Assembly: GCF_004010195.1 (NCBI RefSeq)
Contig: NC_057749.1
Span: 17,262,551-17,282,550 of the forward strand
DNA length: 20,000 bases
Reading direction: 5' to 3'
Origin: Chiloscyllium plagiosum
Lineage: Eukaryota
Both the position numbers and the translations under genes were made by a program. Within the stretch, counting starts at the first letter, position 1, and every line of letters starts with the position of its first letter. Below are positions 10,260-20,000 of this stretch, piece by piece. The notes beneath the pieces were generated by a model, which was not told the DNA's origin, did not search any database, and worked only from the letters and a program-made list of their open reading frames with translations.

Positions 10260-10990
10260 TCAACGAATCGTTTTTGGACCTGCTCTCACTCAAGCAAATA
10301 GAGACTACTTCATTACACCTCTGACCTGTACCTTGTAGTTGGCGGACCAGGTTAAAGATCATACACCAGGTTATAGTCCAACAGGTTTGTTTGGAAGCAC
10401 TAGCTTGGGAGCAGCGCTCTGAGAGCTGGTGCTTCCAAATAAACTTGTTGGACTATAACCTCGTGATGTGAGATTTTTAACTTTGTCCACCCCAGTCCAA
10501 CACTGGCATATCCCACATTCTAGTTGGTGGACAGACTGTGAAGTTGGAAGATGAATTTTGTGCCTTAGAAATCTCCAGGCTCTGCTCTGCTCTTGTAGTC
10601 TCAGTATTTATACAGATGGTTCAGTTTAGTTTCTTGTCTATGGTAAGCCCCAGGATGATAGTGGGAGATTCAGTGATAATATCAGTGGATTTGAAGGGGC
10701 AGTGGTCAGGTTCTCAGTTGTTTGAGATGTTACTTGGTACTTGTTATTGCTCATCAGGTCACGTCAGAGCGTCCAGTTCCTGTTTCGTTTGGACACAAAT
10801 ACTTCAGTGCCTGAGAAATTGTGATTGCTGAAACTTCAACTGACTGTTGACTTTGTAATGGAGAGTGTGTCTTTGATAAAGCAGCTATAGATGGCTGGGC
10901 CTACGAACTCTTACATTGATGTCCTGTGGTGGAGTGATTGACTTTGAGCAATCATAGCCATCTTCCTTTGTGTTTTGTATGACTCCATTG
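10260..10990 (-). mobile_element. Old CR1/L2-group LINE ORF2 fragment, interrupted at 10351-10520
   Basis: Minus strand gives IDKKLN*T..INTETTRAEQSL and YKVQVRGVMK-like remnants on either side of the insertion. Outer boundaries are approximate. Confidence 0.65.
10351..10520. mobile_element. Short palindromic Penelope-like insertion with TSD
   Basis: Inverted arms at 10351-10405 and ~10424-10481. Flanked by tagttggcggac (10336-10347) and tagttggtggac (10521-10532). The Penelope assignment is from recall of this shark repeat. Confidence 0.75.
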
Positions 10991-11379
10991 TCTGCACATA
11001 TGTAGAAGCTTGATGTTTAGTTATGTCATCATAATGCCAAGTGATAGTTTACACCTACTGAAGAAGGAGGTAGAGTGTTTGGCAGGCTTTGGAAAGCACT
11101 GCAGGTGGCAGTTTAAGCAAAGAAGCAATTTGACCATCTAATCCTTGAAGACCTTTTAGAACTCGGTGGTCTTTCTGTCTCAAGTGAGTGAACTAAGTGG
11201 AACATTAAATGGGAATGACAGAGAAAGAAAATTATAATGAACTGTTAGATAAAAGTCATAAAAGGAGATAGGAGTCAATGGACTGAGTGGGTGTGGATGA
11301 TTAAAGAAATTTCATTTGTGATTCCATACACAACTTAATAGAAAGGCCTTTACAGCCAATTAATTATATTTGTACTGCA

Positions 11380-11625
11380 AATGAAAGTTTTGTAGTGTGG
11401 CAGTCAATTTGTGTGTAGCAATGTGATAATGAACAGGTGAATGTTTTACTCATATTGACTGAAGGATAAATATTGGGAAAGACACCAGGGAGAACTCCCC
11501 TGCTCTTCTTAGAAATTTTATCACGGTATCTTTCGCCCTCTTATTTAGGGAGCAGATAGGGCTTCTATTTAACATCTCATCCAAAAGTCAATATTGCTAA
11601 TAGTGGCATACTTCCTCACTCTTGT
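11380..11625 (-). mobile_element. Decayed DeuSINE (SacSINE1/AmnSINE1-like Deu core)
   Basis: gacaccagggagaactcccctgctcttctt..tttaacatctcatccaaaag is the reverse complement of the Deu domain as I recall it. Confidence 0.7.
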
Positions 11626-11917
11626 AGAGAGAAAAAAACAACCTAGCCTTCCTGATCAAGCCCGTTGACCTCTTAATGTTTTTTCCTCAGAACATAGTGC
11701 TGCTTCTAATTCATAGCTAACACCTAATGGTCAGACATGTCAGAGGAGGCAATAGTGATGATGCATATGCTTTAGACCAAAAAGTCCATGATTTTTTAGA
11801 TGACATTTGCAAGAAATGAGAGTGCATAAAGAGGTAACGAGTGGAGAAAACAATTTGATTTTCTTTGTTATTTGTGGATACTTGGGAGTGATGAGTAGTT
11901 TTGGCTCTGATCTGATA

Positions 11918-12615
11918 GAAGAGAAAAGGGTTACCTCAAATTACAACAGGATCTGTACCAGATGGGCCAATGAGCTGAGAAGTGACAGATACAGTTTAAT
12001 TCTGATTAATGCGAGGTGCTGCATTTTGGGAAAGCAAATCTTAGCAGGACTTGTACACTTAATGGTAAGGTCCTGGGGAGTGTTGCTGAACAAAGAGACC
12101 TTGGAGTGCAGGTTTAGTTCCTTGAAAGTGGAGTTGCAGGGAGATAGGATAGTGAAGAAGGCATTTGTTTTGCTTTCCTTTATTGGTCAGAGTATTGAGT
12201 AGAGGAGTTGGGAGGTCATGTTGTGGCTGTACAGGACATTGGTTAGGCCATTGTTGGAATATTGCGTGCAATTCTGGTCTCCTTTCTTTCGGAAGGGTGT
12301 TGTGAAACTTAAAAGTGTTCAGAAAAGATTTACAAGGATGTTGCCAGGGTTGGAGGATTTGAGCTATAGGGAGAGGCTGAACAGGCTGGGGGTGTTTTCC
12401 CTGGTGCGTCGGAGGCTGAGGGGTGACGTTATAGAGGTTTACAAATTATGAGGGGCATGGATAGGATAAATAGACAAAGTATTTTCCCTGGGGTCAGGGA
12501 GTCCAGAACTAGAGGGCATAGGTTTAGGGTGAGAGGGGAAAGATATAAAAGAGACCTAAGGGGCAACTTTTTCATGCAGACGGTGGTACGTATATAGAAT
12601 GAGCTGCCAGAGGAT
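11918..12615 (+). mobile_element. CR1 family A, left part (interrupted at ..ccagAGGAT)
   Basis: From ~12030 it is colinear with 1176-1760. ORFs 11807..12202 and 12218..12451. Confidence 0.93.
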
Positions 12616-12833
12616 AGAAGAAGAAGAATACAGCGCAGTACAGGCCCTTTGGCCCTCGATGTTGCGCTGATCCAAGCCCACCTAACCTATACTAACCCAC
12701 TATCATCCATACACCTATCCAATGCCCGCTTAAATGCCCATAAAGAGGGAGAGTCCACCACTGCTACTGGCAGGGCATTCCATGAACTTACAACTCGCTG
12801 AGTGAAAAACCTACCCCTAACTTCAGTCCTATA
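12616..12833 (-). mobile_element. CR1 family B short 3' end
   Basis: Near-identical to 19752-19963. Tail is agaagaagaagaa on the + strand. Confidence 0.88.
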
Positions 12834-13027
12834 TAGTGAGAAGGCTCATCGGGGAATGTGCAGAGTTAATTCAACTTTTCAGAAAACAAGACCCACAAAA
12901 CCTTTCAAATGCACATCATTTCCATCTGGTTTCCAAGAATTTGCATTGCAAAGTATTGTGGTGTAGAACCCCACATGTACACCCTGCAGTTTTGGAATTA
13001 TCCACCTTTGTGCATGAAATGGAGTTT

Positions 13028-14760
13028 TAGAACATAAAACAGAAATACAGCGCAGAACAGGCCCTTCAGCCCTCAATGTTGCGCCGACCTGTGAACTATT
13101 CTCAGCTCATCTCCCTACACTATCCCATTATCATCCATGTGCTTATCCAAGGATTGTTTAAATGCCCCTAAAGGCAGGTAAGGCATTCCATGCCCTTACC
13201 ACTCTCTGAGTAAACAACCTGTCTCTGACATCTGTCTTAAATCTATCACCACTCAATTTGTAGTTTTGCAAATTACAAGCTGACATCATCATTCTAGGAA
13301 AAAGACTTCTACTGTCTACCCTACCTAATCCTCTGATCATCTTGTATGTGTCTAGCAAATCCCCTCTTAACCTTCTTCTTTCCAATGAGAACAGACCCAA
13401 GTCTTTCAGCCTTTCCTCATAAGACCTTCCCTCCAGACCAGGCAACATCCTGGTAAATCTCCTCTGCACCTTTTCCAATGCTTCTACATCCTTCCTGTAA
13501 TGGGGTGACCAGAGCTGTACACAATATTCCTAGTGTGGCAGCACTAGTTGCAACATGATATTCCCGGCTCGGGTGGCAACTTACAGGGATCTATGCACAT
13601 GGACTCCAAGATCCCTTTGCACATCCACACTACCAAGAATCTTTCCATTGACCCAGTATTCTGCCTACCTGCTATTCTTCCCAAAGTGCATCACCTCACA
13701 TTTAGCTGCATTGAGCTCCATTTGCCACCTCTCAACCCAATTCTGCAGATTATCCAAGTCCTCCTGCAACCAGTAATATTCTTCCAAACTGTCCACTACT
13801 CCACTGACTTTAGTGTCATCTGCAAACTTACTAACCCATCCACCTATGCCTGCGTCTAAGTCATTTATAAAAATAATGAACAGCTGTGGTCCCAAAACAG
13901 ATCCTTGTGGCACACCACTAGTAATCAGACTCCAGACTGAATATTTTCCATCAACACCACTCGCTGCCTTCTTTCAGAAAGCAAGTTTCTAATCCAAACT
14001 GCTAAATCACCCTCAATTCCATGCCTCTGCATTTTATCCAACAGCCTACCATGTAGAATCTTATCAGAGGCTTTACTGAAGTCCATGTATACCACATCAA
14101 CTGCCCTACCCTCATCTACATGCTTGGTCACCTTCTCAAAAAACTCAATAAGGTTTGTGAGACACGACCTTGACAAAAACATGTTGACTATCTGAAATCA
14201 AATTATTGCTTGCTAGATGATTATAAATCCTATCTCTTATAATTCTTTCCAAAACCTTTCCTACAACAAAAATAAGGCTCACTGATCTATAATTACCTGA
14301 GTCATCTCTACTGCCCTTCCTGAACAAGGGCACATTTGCAATCCTCCAATGCTCTGCTACTAAACCTGTAGACAATGACGACTCAAATATCAAACCCTAA
14401 GGCTCTGCTATCTCCTCCCTCGCTTCCCAGAGAATCCTCGGATAAATCCCATCCCTCAAAGCCATCCATTCTACTTATTTGTGACTCAGTATTCACATCG
14501 ACGACAATGCCCTGTTCCTGAGTAAATACTGAAGAAAAGTATTCATTCAGTGTCTCCCCAATCTCTTCCGCCTCCACACGTAACTTCCCACTACTATCCT
14601 TGACTGGGCCTATTCCTACCCTAGTCATTCTTTTATTCCTATCATACCTATAGAAAGCCTTAGGGTTTTCCCTAATCCTACCGACTAAGGACCTTTCATG
14701 TCCCCTCCTTGCTGCTCTTAGCTCTCTCTTCAGGTCCTTCCTGGCTACCCTATAACTCAA
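13028..14760 (-). mobile_element. CR1 family C, 5'-truncated, RT region with several internal deletions
   Basis: ORFs 14383..14763 (ENPKAFY, LNEYFSSVFT), 14145..14393, 13925..14182, 13665..13913 (PQGSVLGP, FADD) and 13158..13478. Tail is tagaacataaaacag. Confidence 0.93.
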
Positions 14761-14762
14761 CA

Positions 14763-14953
14763 AGGATGTGGTGGAGACTGGTACAATTACAACATTTAAA
14801 AGGCATTTGGATGGGTATATGAATAGGAAGGGTTTGGAAGGATATGAGCTGGGTGCTGGCAGGTGGGACTAGATTGGGTTGAGATATCTGGTCAGCATGG
14901 ACAAGTTGGACCGAAGGGTCTATTTCCATGCTGTACATCTCTATGACTCTAAG
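14763..14953 (+). mobile_element. CR1 family A, right part (resumes AGGATgtggtggag)
   Basis: Colinear with 1756-1945 and ends ctatgactct. Confidence 0.92.
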
Positions 14954-15065
14954 AGAGGAACAGTGCCACAACTTGAAATGAGCTAACCATGGCTGATAAT
15001 GGACATCTAGAATGGATGCAACAACGTTTGAACAGATGGATAAATTTGCTTTTCCAGCACCTAAC

Positions 15066-15116
15066 TCGATGGGCAACTTGGCATGGCCAATTCACCTGAC
15101 CTGCACGTCTTTGGAT
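15066..15116 (-). mobile_element. Small fragment of a shark tRNA-derived SINE (HE1-like)
   Basis: gggcaacttggcatggccaattcacctgacctgcacgtctttgga matches the recalled core of this SINE. Confidence 0.55.
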
Positions 15117-15221
15117 CGGATATATGTACCCTGGTTGTATGGACAGACAGGCATGAAGGTTCAGTGGTTGATTTCTAAGAAGGCTTTTTATTGATCTAAT
15201 AACAGAATTTTGCTTTTGTAG

Positions 15222-15284
15222 AGCTTATGTTGAAAAGTACCTGCTGGAGAAGTCGCGGCTGGTCTACCAGGAGCATAATGAACG
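15222..15284 (+). CDS. MYO9A: Myosin-IXa coding exon (63 bp), AYVEKYLLEKSRLVYQEHNE-R
   Basis: ttttgtAG acceptor and GTaaga donor. Contains the YLLEKSR myosin motif. Phase 2 on both sides, in frame with the neighbouring exons. Confidence 0.95.
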
Positions 15285-15871
15285 GTAAGAGGTGCAAACT
15301 ATACAATGAGTCAATTTGACATGACGTGAATATTACAAGAAATTCAGAAAGTGGGGTTCATACTCCATAGAACAAACATACAAAAAAAATGTGTATCTGT
15401 AAATGACAGCTCTAGCTAGTAGGATAAAGTAGGTTTCTAGTATTTTAATTTTAAATTTGGCAATTTAAAAATCATATTAAAAGTTACATTTTAGGATGAA
15501 ATTATAACATACTAATTCCATGTTTCTGGAAAAGGATGTTTTTGTTCTATTTATGTTATTATACTGAAATATAATATATTTTTTGTGCCACAATTACCAC
15601 TGATTAATATTTGTGCAGAAATGGACTTGCCAGATGGCAAGAACTGTAGTTTATGGTAATTTGCTGTGTTGCACCTTGAAATCCAGCAAAGTTTGTTCAT
15701 TGTAAGCTTGTTTGAATTTAATTTCAAAACCATTATTGCAAAACAAAGGTAGCCCGATATTAGCAATTTGGTTGTAACAGGACGTTGGAAGTGGAACAAA
15801 TCACATTGATGCAATAGGGGTAATTTTCATAGATTAGAGCAGGATAAAAGGTATTTTGTTACTCAGGATAA

Positions 15872-16070
15872 ATCTGACCCGGGAGTGTTTGAGAGAACAG
15901 AAAGGAGGAACCTTTATTTGTAAACCTTGTTGTACGATGGAGGTGTTTGGCATGTAGTACATGGTCCTTTATTCTGCCTCATCAGGATTTGCAGGTCAAA
16001 TTAAGTATAATGTGGAGAGAGCTTCACTTTGCATGTAACAGTGGTGTAACTGATATAGAATTTATCAACA
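15872..16070. repeat. Decayed copies of a ~60 bp shark minisatellite-type repeat
   Basis: ctgacccgggagtgtttg.. and gtggagagagcttcactttgcatgtaac resemble a recalled gggagtgtttgatgg..gagggagctttactctgtatctaac unit. Confidence 0.35.
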
Positions 16071-16699
16071 ATGAAATTGTAGAGGCCACCTCATGCTGCT
16101 ACTTTGCAGTAAACACATGAGTGGTATTCTCCACTCATGGGATGCTACTGCCAAGCTCAAAAGATGCTCTGGATACTGACAGATGAGTAATATGGTCTAT
16201 GAATTTCTGTAGTGGTGTGACATTGGGTATGTAGACTGCATGTCTCAGTGATCGGCAGACCATGTCAAACAATATGTCTCTTTAATTATCTGCAAGAGGC
16301 AGCATACTGACTGTACTTAACCAGACCTGCTTGCAAAATTCAGAATGGTGTAACGTGTTTCTGTAATTAGGCAATATGTACGAAATAATCCAAACTCTTA
16401 TGAATTACACCAGAGACCCTTTTAAGATTTGGTCAGGGTTGCAGTATGTTTCATTGGCATGTGCTAGAATTTATTTTGGTAACCTTAAGGACTCTGTTCT
16501 ATGTAGGCAAAAACAATTTGTGTGCAACATTGAATCTTTTTCATTGAGAAGGGGTTTTGGAGCCTGCCAATCCCCACTGCATTCCAGTTGTAATACCCTG
16601 GTTAGTCAGAAATACCTGCCCAGCCTGAGGTTAATCATCTCGTTAGATAGCAGATCCAGCTGCATCTCCATACCAGTGAAATGATACCCCTCTTCTCAT

Positions 16700-16800
16700 G
16701 CCATATAAATTGGTGTTCCTTTCAATATTTGTTTTCTTGCAGCCCATTCCTGATGAGTACAAGACAAAAAGTCTTGACTTTCATGTCCCTTTTTAGTGAT
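16700..16800 (+). mobile_element. Penelope-like terminal remnant with a decayed hammerhead core
   Basis: cCTGATGAgtacaagacAAAAag at 16749-16771, with GAAA changed to AAAA. Confidence 0.4.
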
Positions 16801-18009
16801 GTTTGATTTACCTTCTCACAAGCAATTATTTGACTTTTACTTCAACGTTTTTTGTGCTATCTTTGATATTGTGTCTGAAATGGAAATTAATCCCATTTTC
16901 AAGTAGTAACAGTTAATGAATACAAAATTCACTTCAAGATTAAAAGATTTGGGGTAAGGTTTGTGTCCCCATCTAGACAGGACACACAATTTTTACCTTG
17001 AAATTGTTTCCAGTTGAATGCTTAAGGATGCTTAAGTAATGCATGATTTTATCATTGAATAATATTTTACAGAAGTGGAGCTTCTGTGTTGGAAAATAAA
17101 AGATAATTTGTTCGAAAAGGAATTTCTGTTATTAACTTACCAATGAAACTGGCAAGACACTGGGGAATAGTCATTCAAATTGCAGCTGCTTTAATTTTTC
17201 TGAGGATTAAAATGTAGCAGATTTTACATGGAAAAGGATGACAACAGAGACCAGACCTAGATAAGAGAGAGAGATTTTAACTGAAATCATTGGGTTTGGT
17301 AATAATTTGGTATGTATGCCCTTGTGATGGTTAATCTGTTTATGTCAATTATTGATTTTTAGCGAAAAATCATTCACTTTTCATGTATCCTTTGTATAAG
17401 TCACTCTTTGACTTAATAACTGAAAAGTCCAAACTCAACACTTGCACCACTCAATGAAGTCAAACTCTCCCTGATACAAACCTCCTCATCCATAGAACGA
17501 TAGGAAAACACACCATTTGATGTTGGCTGCTCAATTTTAGATCCTTTTGATGTAACTTCTGGGGGCAAGTCTGGCAGGAACAATGTCCAGTTTCTCTAAA
17601 ATGTTGCTTGTAAAAGTCAACCCCCTATATCTTGAGTTTAAAAAATGAATTTGATGATTTGTGTCAAGTCAGTAGCTGTTTTCCCTTGATTAGATGTGCA
17701 GAGAGCGATTCTGTAATTTGATCTTGGATCAATATATGGATGTGTAAAAACTAATATAGTCTGTTCTCAGCACCATCGATAGTACAATCAGACTCCATTA
17801 TATGCAGATAGAGGCAACTCCACTTCCAACTGTTTCAGCATAAATTAACACATTTAGACCTGAGCATTTTTACTGTTAGGATAATACAAATGGCTTCTCT
17901 TTATATTGCATAACTGATGTAAATTTGCCATATCTTCACAACTTTATTGTCGCATTGCAGTTGCTTGAATGTTAATGTAACATTGTGTGGTGTGTCATTC
18001 CTGTTTCAG

Positions 18010-18109
18010 AAACTATCATGTATTCTATTACTTGCTGGCAGGAGCCAATGAAGAAGAGAAAAAAAGTTTCCACCTGCAGGAGCCTGAAGAATACCATTAC
18101 TTGAATCAG
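18010..18109 (+). CDS. MYO9A: Myosin-IXa coding exon (100 bp), NYHVFYYLLAGANEEEKKSFHLQEPEEYHYLNQ
   Basis: ctgtttcAG acceptor and GTtagt donor. CG+A completes the ERNYHVFY motif. Overlaps ORF 17987..18178. Confidence 0.95.
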
Positions 18110-19495
18110 GTTAGTGCCAAAAGTTCATCCTGTGCAAAGCATTCATTGGAGATGTTACTTGTGAAATTTTTAAGGTAATATGTTTAGAAATTACAGCTGG
18201 AATGCATGTTGTTCAGAATTAAGTGGATTGACGTTGTGGCAGCTGGCATAAACATGAAAGCTTCTTTGCATTCATATGTATGTTAGAAAATTAATGGCAG
18301 CTTATATAATGATTATATTTATTTGATATCTTATATTAAATTATGAAGTTTCTGTGGTGTGAAGTTATGTTCCCAAACTAACATGGGTAGGGACATGGCA
18401 ATTGTTAACTATTGAATGGAAGTTTGGGGCAAAAGGTGTCACCAGCAGCTTTGAGGCATCTCAAACCCTTTTGATTGAAGTTCAGAATAAGACAATTGAT
18501 TTAGATGCAAATTAATAAAGCACAAAGTTCAAAATTGTAGCTGGGGTTGATTATTTTGTTAGATTATTTTATGCAGTATAAATATAGATGATTGAATCTT
18601 TCAGAATCAAAAACAGCTTATCATCTCTTTTAAAAGCATGCCTTTGATCGGACTGCAAAAGTCTGTGACTCATCTTTTTGGCTTTTTGTTTCCATCCTTT
18701 GATGAAGTTAATTTAGATTTACTCTCATTGTAGGAGAGAGAACACTGTAATTGCAATTTGAAACAAAGTACATTAATCTCCCTCAATAATATTGCTTAAG
18801 GCAATACGTGGCTGACTAATTGAGTTTTGCAAATCAGAAAATCTAGACTGTGCTTTAACAAAGGACAGGCATGCGAACTCTACCAGGGCAACAATTACAT
18901 AGTTACAATTGAGACCTCGAGGAGAAAAGGTGTGCTTCTTATTTTAGATCTCATTCTGCTGAAAAGTCTCTTCGTGGATCTTGAGTTAGGACAAATTTGA
19001 GCTTGTTCTTGCTGACAGCTGCTTTTGCTCGTAAAGGTTGGTGATGTTCTTGATGTATTTGGTATAATTGATGGCCATGGTACTGTGACAAATGAGGTCA
19101 AAGCGTAGTGAAATCTGTGCCGCAGTTAGCAGGCAACCAGTTTCCATGTGCAAAGCATAGAGCTGCTGATCCAACAGGCTTATCAAACACTATTCCTGTG
19201 TACTGCTGCCATCTCCCCTTTACCATGAATACATTTCTTACTCTATGAATGATACCTGCAATCTACTGAGAAAGGTTAAAACATACAAATTGGATATACA
19301 TAAGTAACCTTTTGACTTAAAAAATGTGCTTGGTTGGTGGTCTTCATGAGCAATTTTAACTTAATGTTCCAATATACCCTTGTATCTACTTTAATAAATG
19401 GACAATTTCTCTGTTCTATTTTTGCATGTTTGAATCAAATTACATGAGCTTTTTGGATTGTGATAACTATTTCAATTTGTTACAATAATGAATTA

Positions 19496-19741
19496 AAGTC
19501 ATACAGCATGGAAACATACTCTTCGGTCTCATTCGTCTGCGCCGACTAGATATCCCAATCTGACCTAGTCCCATTTGACAGCGTTTGGCCTGTGTCTCTC
19601 TAAAAAGTTTCTATTCGTGTACTCATCCAGATGCCTTTTAAATGTTACAATTGTACCCCCCCTCCACCACCTTCCCTGGCAGCTCGTTCCATACACTCAC
19701 TGCCCTCTGCATGAAAAGTTGCCCCTCAGACCCCTTTTAAA
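19496..19741 (-). mobile_element. Diverged CR1 family A 3' fragment
   Basis: Colinear with 5884-6130. Confidence 0.88.
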
Positions 19742-19742
19742 C

Positions 19743-20000
19743 AGAGAACATAGAAGAATACAGCGCAGTACAGGCCCTTCGGCCCTCGATGTTGCGCCGA
19801 TCCAAGCCTACCTAACCTACACTAGCCCACTATCCTCCATATGCCTATCCAATGCCCGCTTAAATGCCCATAATGAGGGAGAGTCCACCACTGCTACTGG
19901 CAGGGCATTCCATGAACTCACGACTCGCTGAGTAAAGAACCTACCCCTAACATTTGTCCTATACCTACCCCCCCCTTAATTTAAAGCTATGCCCCCTTGT
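19743..20000 (-). mobile_element. CR1 family B 3' end, runs off the window
   Basis: agaacatagaagaa tail. Near-identical to 12616-12833. Confidence 0.88.

Noticed and set aside
17380..17745. Possible pogo/Tc1-like DNA transposon remnant (tataagtc, aaaagtcaacccc)
   Set aside because: No pair of TIRs or TA duplication could be defined.
18110..19495. Next MYO9A exon (ITKKP../DCFTVEGED-like)
   Set aside because: No AG-flanked phase-0 frame with such a translation was found. The ttttAG at ~18947 hits a stop after four codons.

Overview
Vertebrate genomic DNA, inferred to be from a shark (the CR1 LINEs, DeuSINE and Penelope-type repeats match shark families as I recall them). The window lies inside a + strand myosin-IXa gene (MYO9A). 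Three in-phase motor-domain exons (9862-9956, 15222-15284, 18010-18109) sit in long introns filled with decayed retroelements. The most notable structure is a ~2.9 kb minus-strand ERV-like insertion (2718-5596) that splits an older LINE 3' end. In its own orientation it reads: T-loop/B-box hairpin array, AT-rich spacer, integrase-like remnant with a candidate env-type splice acceptor, an intronless and internally deleted RBPMS2 copy in place of env, polypurine tract, one complete LTR. This looks like a retroelement that captured a host RNA-binding-protein mRNA. Also notable is a compound CR1 insertion (12616-14762) that looks like a 3' transduction. Family assignments come from recalled motifs and consensus sequences, not database searches.
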